Assembly (NCBI GenBank): GCA_002413045.1
Contig: DHWF01000051.1
Span: forward strand, 9,809 to 73,676
Length of the DNA: 63,868 nucleotides
Direction: 5' to 3'
Source of the DNA: Chloroflexi bacterium UBA5189
GTDB taxonomy: Bacteria > Chloroflexota > Limnocylindria > Limnocylindrales > CSP1-4
Shown: positions 1-9,742 of the stretch, piece by piece
Position numbering within the stretch: the stretch's first letter is position 1
How the letters are laid out: each line of letters opens with the position of its first letter
Translations under genes and position numbers: made by a program
Notes under the pieces: generated by a model
Told to the model about the DNA's origin: nothing
What the model saw: the letters and a program-made list of their open reading frames with translations, nothing else
Databases searched by the model: none

Positions 1-1
1 C

Positions 2-871
2 TTCTACGTCTATGCCGATCGGACCGCGTTCTACGACGTGATCGGGACTGGCCTCCAGGAGAATATCGGCGGCCTCGCGCTCCCGGACATCCGAACGCTG
101 TTCGCGAACATCGGCATCGGGGACGAGAACTCGTCCTGGGTGAGCACCGTCGTGCCCCACGAGCTCACCCACATCGTGTTCGGCACCGCGACCCAGAACC
201 CGTATCACCAGCCGCTCCACTGGCTGAACGAGGGCCTGGCCGTATACCTGTCCGCGGGGTACGACAGCGGCGCGCGCTCGAACGTGGAGGGCTCCGCGCA
301 GTCCGGCGACCTGATGCCCCTCAGCGCGCTGGTCCAGCAGTTCCCGGCCTCGGCGGATCGATTCAGCCTCGCCTACGACGAGGCCGTCTCGGCGATCGAC
401 TTCATGGTCCGCACCTACGGGCGAGACGCCCTGGTCAAGCTGATCCGGAGCTATGCGGACGGCGTCAGCGACGACGCGGCGTTTACCGCAGCCCTGGGCG
501 TCGACACAAAGGGCTTCGAGACAGCCTGGCTGAAGGATCTCGGGATCGAGGAGCCGGTGCCATTCGGACCCGTCGCGGCACCGGCCGGGCCGCTGCCGCC
601 CGGCTGGGTCGGGTCGCCCGGGCAGTCCGGCCAGCCGGGGCAGCCGGGACCCATTGCCACGGTACGACCAGTGCGACCACCGCGATCGCCGGGCGCCGAC
701 GACGGCTCAACGATCGTATGGATCGCGGTCGGCGTGTTTGCCATCGTCCTCGTTGCGGGGCTCCTGTTCGTCGCGCGCGGGCTGAGTCGCGGCAATCCGC
801 TGATGCCCGCCGGCGCGAACATCGATCCCGATCCCGATCCCGATCACGACCCGCCGGAGCCTGCCGGGTAA
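2..871 (+). CDS. Peptidase MA-like zinc metallopeptidase with Pro-rich linker and C-terminal membrane anchor (5'-truncated by window edge)
   Basis: HELTH (HExxH) followed by WLNEGLA gluzincin motif; frame open to window start; C-terminal TM IVWIAVGVFAIVLVAGLLFV. Confidence 0.85.
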   Translation, partial: FYVYADRTAFYDVIGTGLQENIGGLALPDIRTLFANIGIGDENSSWVSTVVPHELTHIVFGTATQNPYHQPLHWLNEGLAVYLSAGYDSGARSNVEGSAQSGDLMPLSALVQQFPASADRFSLAYDEAVSAIDFMVRTYGRDALVKLIRSYADGVSDDAAFTAALGVDTKGFETAWLKDLGIEEPVPFGPVAAPAGPLPPGWVGSPGQSGQPGQPGPIATVRPVRPPRSPGADDGSTIVWIAVGVFAIVLVAGLLFVARGLSRGNPLMPAGANIDPDPDPDHDPPEPAG

Positions 872-1614
872 TGAGCGCGCTCGTCGGGCGGGTCCGCGCC
901 CTGCCCAGCGTGCAGGTGACGCTGTCGATCGCGCTGCTCGTGCTCGGCTTCCTGGTCGCGGCCCAGATCGCCGCCGAGGGTCCGCGCGTGTCGTACTCGA
1001 CCCAGGAGCGGTCGCCGCTCATCGAGACGGCCCTCGGGCTCCAGACCCAGCAGGAGGCGCTGAAGGCCAGCATCCTCGACCTGCGCAAGCAGATCGGCGA
1101 CCTGGAGGCCCAGGACCCGGGCGCGGCGGAATCACTGAAGAAGCTCTACTCGCAGCTGGAGGACGCGCGGCTCGCGGCCGGCCTGGTCGCGGTGAGCGGC
1201 AAGGGCATCGCGTTCAAGCTGGAGGACGCCACGCAGGCGAGTGGCCCGGACGCGCTCGTGTCCGCTCAGGACGTGCGGACGCTCGTCGAGCAGCTCTGGC
1301 TCGCCGGGGCGGAGGGCATCTCAGTCAACGGCGAACGGATCGTCGGGTCGACCGCGGTCATCGACATCGGCGGCTCGATCCTCGTCAACTCGGCGTACCT
1401 CGCGCCGCCGTACACGATCTCTGCCATCGGGCCGCCCGATCTGTACGACCGCCTCCAGCAATCCGTGGCGTTCATCCAGTTCGTCCAGGGCCGGGTCGAG
1501 CCGTCGGGGCTGAAGCTGTCCGTCGCGCAGCTGGACAAGGTCGAGCTGCCCGCGTTCGCCGGGACCGTGGCGCTGCGGTACGCGCAGCCCGCGCCGTCCG
1601 GAGCGACCCCGTGA
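871..1614 (+). CDS. DUF881 family membrane-anchored coiled-coil protein
   Basis: N-terminal TM, coiled coil, LWLAGAEGISVNGERI and PPYTISAIG motifs; ATG overlaps upstream stop (TAATG). Confidence 0.88.
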   Translation: MSALVGRVRALPSVQVTLSIALLVLGFLVAAQIAAEGPRVSYSTQERSPLIETALGLQTQQEALKASILDLRKQIGDLEAQDPGAAESLKKLYSQLEDARLAAGLVAVSGKGIAFKLEDATQASGPDALVSAQDVRTLVEQLWLAGAEGISVNGERIVGSTAVIDIGGSILVNSAYLAPPYTISAIGPPDLYDRLQQSVAFIQFVQGRVEPSGLKLSVAQLDKVELPAFAGTVALRYAQPAPSGATP

Positions 1615-2303
1615 CCGCGCCCCGTCGGCCACTGACGACCGGCAATCGGATCTCGGTCGGGCTCGTGGCGGCGCTCCTCGGCTTCCTCGTCGTCGGGCAG
1701 CTCAATGCGCAGCAGGCCGTGCCGGGGCTGTCCAACCTGTCCGCGACCGACCTGACCCAGCTCATCGCGAACCTCACGACCGGCAACGATCAGCTGCGTA
1801 ACGAGATCGCCGACCTGACCAGCCAGGAAGCGAGCCTGTCCGACACCCACAACCGCGGCGATACGACGGTCGGCGACCTCAACAGCGACCTCGCCCGTAT
1901 CCGCGCCTGGGCCGGGCTCACCGCCGTCACCGGGCCCGGCATCGCGATCACCGTCCAGGGCCAGATCGGCGGCGACGGGATCGAGGAGCTGCTCAACGAG
2001 CTCCGCAACGCGGGCGCCGAGGCCATCGCGATCGATGGCATCCGGGTCGTCACGGGCTCGGTCGTGGCGGGGCCGCCGGGCGGCCTCTCGATCGAGAACG
2101 ACGCCCTCGGCGACGGGTTCGAGATCCGCGCGATCGGCAGCCCGCAGATCCTGACCGGCACGTTGACCAGGACCGGAGGCGTCATCGCCCAGATCGGCGC
2201 AACGTATCCCGGGGCGCGACTAACGGTGACGCCGCTGGAGTCCATGACCCTCGCCGCGACCGAGCGCAACCTCGACCTCACGGATGCGCAACCCAGCCTC
2301 TGA
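1611..2303 (+). CDS. DUF881 family protein (second paralog)
   Basis: ELLNELRNAGAEAIAIDGIRV motif, N-terminal TM; GTGA overlap with previous gene. Confidence 0.88.
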   Translation: MTAPRRPLTTGNRISVGLVAALLGFLVVGQLNAQQAVPGLSNLSATDLTQLIANLTTGNDQLRNEIADLTSQEASLSDTHNRGDTTVGDLNSDLARIRAWAGLTAVTGPGIAITVQGQIGGDGIEELLNELRNAGAEAIAIDGIRVVTGSVVAGPPGGLSIENDALGDGFEIRAIGSPQILTGTLTRTGGVIAQIGATYPGARLTVTPLESMTLAATERNLDLTDAQPSL

Positions 2304-2316
2304 TACAGTCCCGCCG

Positions 2317-2565
2317 ATGCCAGCCCGGCCCGCGATCGAGCTGTTCCTGGGCGATGTCGTCCGGCTCCGGCGCGTCCATCCGTGCGGCTCGGTGGAATGG
2401 CTCGTCGATCGGCTCGGCGCCGACATCGGGCTCCGCTGCCAGGGCTGCGGGCGCCACGTCCTGCTCGATCGGCGCCAGCTCGAGCACCGCCTCGACGCCT
2501 TCGTGACCCGCGGCGACCCGGCGCTGAGCGCCGCCGTCACGCCTCGCTCGGCCCCGGAGGGATGA
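2317..2565 (+). CDS. DUF951 family small protein
   Basis: LGDVVRLRRVHPCGS..W...RLGADIGLRCQGCGRHVLL signature. Confidence 0.88.
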   Translation: MPARPAIELFLGDVVRLRRVHPCGSVEWLVDRLGADIGLRCQGCGRHVLLDRRQLEHRLDAFVTRGDPALSAAVTPRSAPEG

Positions 2566-4115
2566 CGACCGCTCCCAACGGCAGCGCCACGCCCGAGACG
2601 GGCAGCTCGGCGGCCGCGGTCCTCCGCAACAGGCCGTTCCTGCTCCTTTGGCTGTCCCAGGTGTCGACCCAGCTCGGGGTCAACATGGTCTTGTACGCCC
2701 TGACCGTCATCGTGCTGTCCGCGAGCAACCTGACCTCGGCGGTCAGCGCCCTGTTCCTGACCTTCCTCGTGCCGTCCGTGCTCCTGTCGGCGCTTGCCGG
2801 GGTCTACGTCGACCGGATCGACCGGCGGACCGTCCTCGTCGTGTCGAACGCGCTCCGCGCGGCAATCCTCGTGGGGGTCTTCGCGGCCGGCAACGACGTC
2901 GGGCTCCTGCTGCTCCTCAACACGGTGTTCTCGATCGTGACCGTGTTCTTCGCGCCCGCGGAGGCGGCGATGATCCCGGTCCTCGTCCCGCGGGAGCAGC
3001 TGCTCGCCGCGAACGGCATCTTCACGCTGACGCTCAACGGCGCCTTCGCGCTGGGCTACGCGCTCCTCGCGCCGCTCGTCGTGACCATCAGCGGCGGGCC
3101 GCAGCCGCTGATCATCATCGTCGCCGGGTTGTTCGCGCTGGCCGCGGTGTTCTGCCTCACGCTGCCATCGGACCCGCCGATCAAGAAGCCTCGACCTGGC
3201 TCGATCAGCGCCGTCACCGGCGCGGTGACCGGTGCCGTGACGGAGGCCGGGCAGGCCGTCGGGAGCGTGTTCGGCCAGCTCCGCGAGGGTATCGAGATCA
3301 TCCGCGACAACCGCACGATCGCCTGGTCGCTGGCGTACCTCGGGATCTCCGCGTCGCTCATCGGGGTGGTCGCGGTGCTCGGGCCGTCGTTCGCGCGGGA
3401 CACGCTCGGGCTCAGCCCGAAGGACCTGATCGTCGTGGTCCTGCCGCTCGGGATCGGCATCGTGATGGGCGTGCTGCTGCTCAACAACTATGGCAAGTAC
3501 ATCGCCCGGCGCCGGGCGATCGAGATCGGGCTCGTGGCGCTGGGCTTCCTGCTGCTGGTCCTGACCGTCGCGGGGCCGGTGAGCCGGCTCCTGACGGGCG
3601 TCGGGTCGCACGTGCCCGTGGTCGATCTCTCGGCGCTGACCTCGCTGGTCTCGGTCGTCGTCGCGATCGCGTTCCTCGCCGGCGTGTGTTACGGCATCGT
3701 CGCGATCTCGGCGCAGGTCCAGCTCCAGGAGGACATCCCGCCGGACGGCCGCGGCCGCGTCTTCGGGGTGCTGAACATGCTGATCTCGGTCGCAAGCATC
3801 CTGCCGATCATCGTCGTCGGGCAGATCGCGGACTGGGTCGGCACCACCGCGGTGATCCTGGGGGTCGCGGCGTTCGTGCTGATCTCCGGCGTGGTTTCGA
3901 TCGTGGCGCGCGGGCCGATCCGCCCGACCGAGGGCCGCGACCTCGTCTCCGAGATCGTGCCGGGTGCGCAGCTCGACCCGACAGGCGCCAACCGGCCGAT
4001 GCAGCCGCGCGAGCCGCACGGCCACTCCCACCGCGAGGCACATCGCCATGGCGAGGCGCACGGGGGCCGGGCCGGCGAGCTCGATGACCACCGCGACGGC
4101 GACGTGGGGCTGTGA
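2562..4115 (+). CDS. MFS transporter with His-rich C-terminal tail
   Basis: About 12 hydrophobic segments; motif A AGVYVDRIDRR; GRGRVFG; tail HGHSHREAHRHGEAH. Confidence 0.9.
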   Translation: MTTAPNGSATPETGSSAAAVLRNRPFLLLWLSQVSTQLGVNMVLYALTVIVLSASNLTSAVSALFLTFLVPSVLLSALAGVYVDRIDRRTVLVVSNALRAAILVGVFAAGNDVGLLLLLNTVFSIVTVFFAPAEAAMIPVLVPREQLLAANGIFTLTLNGAFALGYALLAPLVVTISGGPQPLIIIVAGLFALAAVFCLTLPSDPPIKKPRPGSISAVTGAVTGAVTEAGQAVGSVFGQLREGIEIIRDNRTIAWSLAYLGISASLIGVVAVLGPSFARDTLGLSPKDLIVVVLPLGIGIVMGVLLLNNYGKYIARRRAIEIGLVALGFLLLVLTVAGPVSRLLTGVGSHVPVVDLSALTSLVSVVVAIAFLAGVCYGIVAISAQVQLQEDIPPDGRGRVFGVLNMLISVASILPIIVVGQIADWVGTTAVILGVAAFVLISGVVSIVARGPIRPTEGRDLVSEIVPGAQLDPTGANRPMQPREPHGHSHREAHRHGEAHGGRAGELDDHRDGDVGL

Positions 4116-4131
4116 GTCGGGTGGCCCTCCC

Positions 4132-5175
4132 ATGAGTCGCGTGGCAATGTTGTTCACGGGCGGGACGATCAGCATGGTCGTCGACGCCGCCGCGGGCGGG
4201 AAGGTCCCCACCCTCGATGGAGCGGCGATTCTCGCTCGCGCGCCGGGGATTGAGTCGATCGCGGAGCTCGTGACCGTCGATCTCGGGCGCACGCCGGCGA
4301 GCCACTTCACGTTCCCGAAGCTGTTCGAGATCGCGGGCGAGATTCGCCGCTGGCAGGCGGACCCGACGATCGATGGGGTCGTCGTCGTGCAGGGCACCGA
4401 CGTCATCGAGGAGGCCGCGTTCCTGTGGGACCTCGTGCTCGATGGCGGGGCGCCCGTCATCGTCACCGGCGCGATGCGCGCCGCCTCCGATCCGAACGAC
4501 GACGGGCCCGAGAACCTCCGGAATGCGGTTCGCTGCGCCGCGGCGCCGGAGTTGCGCGGGGCGGGCGTGCTCGTTGTCCTGGACGGCACGATCAACCCAG
4601 CGGATGCCGTCACGAAGACGCACTCCGCCGCGCTCGACACGTTCCAGTGCCTGGACACGGGGCCGCTCGGGTTCGTGCGGAACGGGCGAGTCACGGTCGA
4701 GCGGGCGCGAGGCCCGCGCCGGCACGTCATCACGGACCGGGCCGCGGATGGCGTCGCGCTGCTGATCGCCCATGTGGCGATGGACGGCTCGCTGGTGGAC
4801 GCCGCCGCCGCGCTCCGGCCGCCGGCGATCGTCGTCGAGGCGACGGGCGCCGGGAATACGGCCGCGTCGGTGGTCGAGGCGGCCGCGCGCGCGATGGGGC
4901 AGGGGATCGTGGTCGCGCTGGCGACCCGCTGCCCCGCGGGCGCCGCGTCGGATGCCTATGCATTCCCGGGTGGCGGCGCGACCTGGGTTCGTGCCGGCGC
5001 GCTGCTCACCGGCCACCTGTCCGGGCCAAAGGCACGTATTGCGCTGGCGGCTGGCCTGGGCGGCGGAATGGATCGCGCCGCGCTCGCCGCCCTGCTCGCC
5101 GACCCACCGGGCTGGGGCCCCGCCGTCGAGCGGGCGCCGCTGCCGCCACTCGCGATCGCCGCGGGAGCCGCCTGA
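4132..5175 (+). CDS. L-asparaginase family protein
   Basis: FTGGTI, QGTD, VTGAMR and KTHS motifs. Confidence 0.9.
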   Translation: MSRVAMLFTGGTISMVVDAAAGGKVPTLDGAAILARAPGIESIAELVTVDLGRTPASHFTFPKLFEIAGEIRRWQADPTIDGVVVVQGTDVIEEAAFLWDLVLDGGAPVIVTGAMRAASDPNDDGPENLRNAVRCAAAPELRGAGVLVVLDGTINPADAVTKTHSAALDTFQCLDTGPLGFVRNGRVTVERARGPRRHVITDRAADGVALLIAHVAMDGSLVDAAAALRPPAIVVEATGAGNTAASVVEAAARAMGQGIVVALATRCPAGAASDAYAFPGGGATWVRAGALLTGHLSGPKARIALAAGLGGGMDRAALAALLADPPGWGPAVERAPLPPLAIAAGAA

Positions 5176-5176
5176 C

Positions 5177-6802
5177 ATGCCGCTCGACATGCTCGTCACC
5201 GGGCGGATCGCCACCTTCGCCGGCGATTCCGGCTTCGGCTGGGTCGAAGCGATCGGGATTCGCGATCGGAAGGTCGCCTTCGCCGGCTCGGCCGTCGAGC
5301 TCGAGACGCGCGCCGATCCGCACACCCTCCGCGTGGAGCTGGAGCCCGGTGAGATCGCCATCCCCGGCCTGACCGACGCGCATCTCCACGTCATCGATGC
5401 CGCGCTGGCGATGACCCAGGTCGACCTCGCGACGGCGCCGACCCTCGACGAGGGGCTCGAGCGAATCGCCGCCGCCGCGCGCCGCGTCCCGGCGCCCGGC
5501 TGGATCTTCGGCGGCGGCTGGGACCAGCGACGGTGGGCCGGCTGGCCGACGGCCGAGGCCCTCGAGCGCGCGGCACCCGGACGGCTGGTGGCCCTGCATT
5601 CGTTCGATCATCACTGCCTGTGGGTCAGCCGTTCGGCGCTCGCCGCCGCCGGCATCGATGGCGCGACGCCGGACCCCGACGGCGGCGTCATCCGGCACGA
5701 CGCCGAGGGCGAGCCGGAAGGCGTGCTCCTCGAGAACGCAACCGGCCTGTTGGAGCACCGCATCCCAGCGCCGGATTCCGCGGTGGTGGCCCGCGCGATT
5801 CAGGAGCTGGGGCGCGAGCTGCTCGCGCTCGGCGTGGTCGGCGCGCACGACCCGCGCTTCCTCGCGCCGGACCCCACCAACCAGGCATTCGATATGTACA
5901 TGGCCCTCGCCGAGGACGGCGACCTGCCGATCCGGGTCCATGTCGGCGTGCGCGCCGAGGGCCTCGACGATGCCATCGCTCGCGGCTTCAAGAGCGGCGA
6001 CCTGCTCGGCGGCCGCGACGCCAGGCGCGACGGCAGGCTCACGATGGGCTGGCTGAAGCTGTTCGCCGACGGCACGCTGGCATCGCGGACCGCCGCGCTG
6101 CTCGAGCCGGTCGAGGGCGGCACCGACCGCGGCATGTTCACGACGCCGCCGGAGCAGATGGCCGAGCTCGCGACGCGCGCCGCCGCTGCGGGCATCGCGA
6201 CGAAGATCCACGCGATCGGCGACGCCGCGGTGCGCACTGCGCTCGATGTCCTCGGTCCGACGGCCGGGTCCGTCAAGCTCATGCCCCGCCTCGAGCACGT
6301 CCAACTCTGCTCCGCGGCGGATCGCGCCCGGTTCGCGGCCCTCGGTGTCGCCGCATCCGTCCAGCCGGTCCACCTGCGCGACGACGCTGCTACCGCGCGC
6401 GAGCTGTGGGGCGACCGGGCCGAGGCGAATGGCTACACGTGGCGCAGCCTGCTCGATGCCGGGGCCGTGGTCGCGTTCGGGACAGACGCGCCGGTCGAGC
6501 CGATCGACCCGTGGCCCGGGATCGCGATGGCGGTCCTGCGGCGGGATCCGTCGTGGGGCGCGGACGCGGCGCCCTTTGGTCCCGATGAGACGCTCACGCT
6601 GGAGCAGGCCCTTCGGGCCGCAACCGTTGGCCCCCACCTCACCGCGAAGGACAAGCTCGGTGGCCGGCTCGTGCCCGGCGCGCGAGCCGATCTCATCGTC
6701 CTCCCGGCGGCGCCACGCGACTCCGGTGAGCGCGGCGCGGCATTCGCGGAGGTCAGGCCACGACTCGTGATGCTCGACGGTGAGGTCGTCGTAGAGCGCT
6801 AG
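5177..6802 (+). CDS. Amidohydrolase family 3 (YtcJ-like) metal-dependent hydrolase
   Basis: PGLTDAHLH, KLFADG, IHAIGD, RLEHVQ, FGTDAP motifs. Confidence 0.92.
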   Translation: MPLDMLVTGRIATFAGDSGFGWVEAIGIRDRKVAFAGSAVELETRADPHTLRVELEPGEIAIPGLTDAHLHVIDAALAMTQVDLATAPTLDEGLERIAAAARRVPAPGWIFGGGWDQRRWAGWPTAEALERAAPGRLVALHSFDHHCLWVSRSALAAAGIDGATPDPDGGVIRHDAEGEPEGVLLENATGLLEHRIPAPDSAVVARAIQELGRELLALGVVGAHDPRFLAPDPTNQAFDMYMALAEDGDLPIRVHVGVRAEGLDDAIARGFKSGDLLGGRDARRDGRLTMGWLKLFADGTLASRTAALLEPVEGGTDRGMFTTPPEQMAELATRAAAAGIATKIHAIGDAAVRTALDVLGPTAGSVKLMPRLEHVQLCSAADRARFAALGVAASVQPVHLRDDAATARELWGDRAEANGYTWRSLLDAGAVVAFGTDAPVEPIDPWPGIAMAVLRRDPSWGADAAPFGPDETLTLEQALRAATVGPHLTAKDKLGGRLVPGARADLIVLPAAPRDSGERGAAFAEVRPRLVMLDGEVVVER

Positions 6803-6861
6803 GGCGCCATTCCGGGAAATCCCGCATTGCGCGGAGGTGCCCTGGAGACGAGGGTGGGGCC

Positions 6862-7056
6862 ATGGCGCTCCATCCAGCAACGCGCAGACACGTGCCACGC
6901 CATCGAGCGTCGCTGCTCGCGCTGCTCGCGGCGCTCGCAATCCTGCCGGCGGCATGCTCGCCGGAAACGATCCTGAGCACGATCTCGTGCCCCGTCTACC
7001 AGCCTCCGCAGACGCCCATGCCGGAATGGCCGAAGCAGTGCGGCGGAACCCGCTGA
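6862..7056 (+). CDS. Small putative lipoprotein
   Basis: Basic N-terminus, hydrophobic stretch, lipobox-like PAAC; two further Cys. Confidence 0.5.
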   Translation: MALHPATRRHVPRHRASLLALLAALAILPAACSPETILSTISCPVYQPPQTPMPEWPKQCGGTR

Positions 7057-7111
7057 CGCAGGTCACGACCGAATCTGGCTACCCTCAGTCTCCCCAAACC
7101 TGGAGAGACTG

Positions 7112-7876
7112 ATGCGTAGAGTCCTCGTTGCCGCGGTTGTGATCGTCGCGACGCTGCTCCTTCCCGCCGCTGCCTCGGCGATCACCTACGGCGTGCCCGA
7201 CGGCACTGGTCACGCAGAGGTCGGCGCACTGCTGGCGCCGCATGCCTTCTCGGACGGGACCTGGGAGGAATGTTCCGGGACGCTGATCTCGCCCACGGTC
7301 TTCCTGACCGCTGAGCACTGCGATCTGGGCCTCGACCGCGTCGCGGTCACCTTCGACTCGTCCTACGACTCGACCACCGGCACGACCTACTGGGGGACGT
7401 GGCACGGCGATCCGGACTACGGCAAGTCCCAGAGCGATCCGCACGACATCGCGGTGGTCGTCTTCGACGAGCCGGTGATCGGGATCGACCCGGCACGGCT
7501 GCCCCAGGCCGGATCCCTGAGCGATCTGAAGGCCGGGACGGGCATCACGTCCGTTGGGTACGGCGCGCAATCGGTGACCATCGATCATGGCCCGACCTTC
7601 CACTACGCCGACATCCGCTACGTCGCAACGGGCTCGCTCTACGCGGTGAACAAGAGCTGGCTCCGGAGCTCGATGAACCCCGCGCTCGACGATGGTGGCA
7701 CCTGCTACGGCGATTCGGGCGGCCCGAACTTCCTGGGCGCCGGCTCCACGGAGACGAACATCGTCGCCGCGACCACGATCACCGGCGATTCCATGTGCCG
7801 TGCGACGAATGTCGACTACCGGCTGGACACCGCCTCGGCGCGATCATTCCTCGGCGAATTCGTCGAGCTGCCGTAA
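7112..7876 (+). CDS. Secreted trypsin-like (S1) serine protease
   Basis: Signal peptide; TAEHC, DIAVV, GDSGGP catalytic triad motifs. Confidence 0.93.
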   Translation: MRRVLVAAVVIVATLLLPAAASAITYGVPDGTGHAEVGALLAPHAFSDGTWEECSGTLISPTVFLTAEHCDLGLDRVAVTFDSSYDSTTGTTYWGTWHGDPDYGKSQSDPHDIAVVVFDEPVIGIDPARLPQAGSLSDLKAGTGITSVGYGAQSVTIDHGPTFHYADIRYVATGSLYAVNKSWLRSSMNPALDDGGTCYGDSGGPNFLGAGSTETNIVAATTITGDSMCRATNVDYRLDTASARSFLGEFVELP

Positions 7877-7895
7877 TCGCCTGCTGCGGTCTGGC

Positions 7896-8324
7896 TTACG
7901 ACGCCGTCTCGAGCCTCGCGAGCGCGTCGAGCACCTCGCCGGCGACATGGTCGATCGGCGCCGCCACGGCGTCGACGCGGATCGTGGCCGATTGGGTGAG
8001 CATCGGGTTGTAGCCCGAGCCGCCGCTGCCCGCGTTGCGCCGCAGGTCGGTGCGGACGAGCACGATCGGCTTCTTCCCATACGCGTAGCCGACCTCCCAA
8101 CACGTGCCGGAGTCGGGGTCCGCGCCGTCCATGATCGCGACGAGGCCGTCGGCCCAATCGATCCCGCCGACATCGGTCGCGAAGATGCCCGCAGCGTCCT
8201 TGCCTGGCTCCTGCTCCTGCGGCAGAAAGACCTCGTGCCCCGCTCCCCGCAGCTCGGCGGCAAGCGAGGCGTTCCAATCGCGCTCGGCGGCGCTGAAGAG
8301 TGGCCCGGCGAAGTAGATCCGCAT
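7896..8324 (-). CDS. Nucleoside 2-deoxyribosyltransferase-like protein
   Basis: IYFAGPLF, FLPQE, DSGTCWEVGYAY, YNPML motifs. Confidence 0.9.
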   Translation of the reverse strand: MRIYFAGPLFSAAERDWNASLAAELRGAGHEVFLPQEQEPGKDAAGIFATDVGGIDWADGLVAIMDGADPDSGTCWEVGYAYGKKPIVLVRTDLRRNAGSGGSGYNPMLTQSATIRVDAVAAPIDHVAGEVLDALARLETAS

Positions 8325-8392
8325 CGCCAAAGTATCGCCGCCGGGCGGGCGGCGGGCTCAATCGCAGTGAGCCTGCTCAGCGTCGCGGCTGG

Positions 8393-8788
8393 TCAGGTCG
8401 CGCCTGGGGCGAGGACGTGAACCGGCGGGCACACGTACCAGGCGTCTTCACTGCCACCGCCGCCGCCCATGCTCACGGTGTCGCCGACGTGCGCGACGAC
8501 CGCTCCATTCGCGTCGATGATCGCGACCGATCCGGCGTCATTCCGAGCAGTCCAGCCGGTGGGCCAAACGACGAGCCCGACGGAGCCACCCGGGGTCTCC
8601 AGCCCGACGCCCGACTCGGAATCGACCGCGAGCACACCCATGGTCAGAGCGTCCATGCACAGCGATCCGGGCGGCTGAGTATCTAGCACGACTTGATTGG
8701 GGCCCGTCGGCGAGGGTCCGCCGCAGGCCGCAATCAGCAGGCCGACCAGGAGCAGCGGTGCTGCCAGACGGAATCGATGCAGCGTCAT
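8393..8788 (-). CDS. Hypothetical lipoprotein
   Basis: Signal with lipobox IAAC; VVWPTGW and MGGG motifs; two further Cys. Confidence 0.75.
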   Translation of the reverse strand: MTLHRFRLAAPLLLVGLLIAACGGPSPTGPNQVVLDTQPPGSLCMDALTMGVLAVDSESGVGLETPGGSVGLVVWPTGWTARNDAGSVAIIDANGAVVAHVGDTVSMGGGGGSEDAWYVCPPVHVLAPGAT

Positions 8789-8797
8789 CCGTGTCAG

Positions 8798-9070
8798 TCA
8801 GCGTTCGCGAATGTCACTCGCGTCTGGAGCCGGCAGGTCCGTCAGGGAACGGAGCGAATGGCCGAGCCAAGCCCAATCGACCATCGCCAGACTCATGATC
8901 GCGAGACCGACGAAGAGTGTGCGGGCCGCCCACGTCACCGCCACCGCCCCTGGATCTCCGTCGATCCCGCCGCTCGCCCCGTCGTTGAAATATGCCGCCG
9001 ACGGTAGGAACGACATCGCGTTGTAGGCAAACCAACCTAGCGCAGCGACGGAAAGCAACGAGCGGATCAT
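8798..9070 (-). CDS. Hypothetical membrane protein
   Basis: Two hydrophobic segments; start overlaps upstream stop (ATGA). Confidence 0.5.
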   Translation of the reverse strand: MIRSLLSVAALGWFAYNAMSFLPSAAYFNDGASGGIDGDPGAVAVTWAARTLFVGLAIMSLAMVDWAWLGHSLRSLTDLPAPDASDIRER

Positions 9071-9741
9071 CCCGGCCTCCTTGATTCGTTGTCGAGCGGA
9101 GTGAGCTGGATCTGTTTCGCGAGCGCATAGGCGACGTGCCGGTCGTCGTCATCGGCGGCGAACACCCGACCGATCACGAGGGCGGAATGGTGCGGCATCT
9201 CGATCCGCGGCATCCCCCCTGGCACGCTCCCAGTCCACTTCTGCTCGCAGAGGAGGAAGGCACCGGCGCCGGTTCCCGTCGTCCGCTTGCCGACATAGGC
9301 AACGTTGGCGCCACTGGTCGGGTCGGTGAACTGCACGCTGTAGTACCGACCCGCCATCTCGGGCACATGCAGCACGCTCGGGCCCGCCTTCAGGTCGAGC
9401 CAGCCGCCGACGTAGACGACATCGTCGGTACCGACCGCCATCAGGCTGCCGCTTAAAGCGGACTGGGAGGAGCGCTCGGGCACGGCGTACAGAGTGTTCA
9501 CGGGGACCGGACCGCCGCCGAACCCGCGTTTGAGAATCGCGCGCTGGAACCCGCCGACCGTGATCTGTGGCCAGAAGTAGATGAAGACGAATGTCCCGAG
9601 CAGCCACACGACGAGGGCCGCCACCGCGAGCGGGATGATCCCCTCCACGCCGCGAGCGAGCCGCTGGGCCACGACCCAGGCGAAGATCAGCAGGATGATC
9701 GCGGTAACGGGATAGGGATACTTCAGGATCAGGCGATTCAC
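9067..9741 (-). CDS. DUF1254 domain membrane protein
   Basis: DDVVY..GWLDLKAGP.VLHVP...GRYYSVQF.D motif; two N-terminal TMs. Confidence 0.85.
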   Translation of the reverse strand: MNRLILKYPYPVTAIILLIFAWVVAQRLARGVEGIIPLAVAALVVWLLGTFVFIYFWPQITVGGFQRAILKRGFGGGPVPVNTLYAVPERSSQSALSGSLMAVGTDDVVYVGGWLDLKAGPSVLHVPEMAGRYYSVQFTDPTSGANVAYVGKRTTGTGAGAFLLCEQKWTGSVPGGMPRIEMPHHSALVIGRVFAADDDDRHVAYALAKQIQLTPLDNESRRPG

Positions 9742-9742
9742 G

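Noticed and set aside
824-852. GATCCC tandem repeat as a phase-variation tract
   Set aside because: In-frame hexamer encoding a DP-rich tail; copy changes would not shift the frame.
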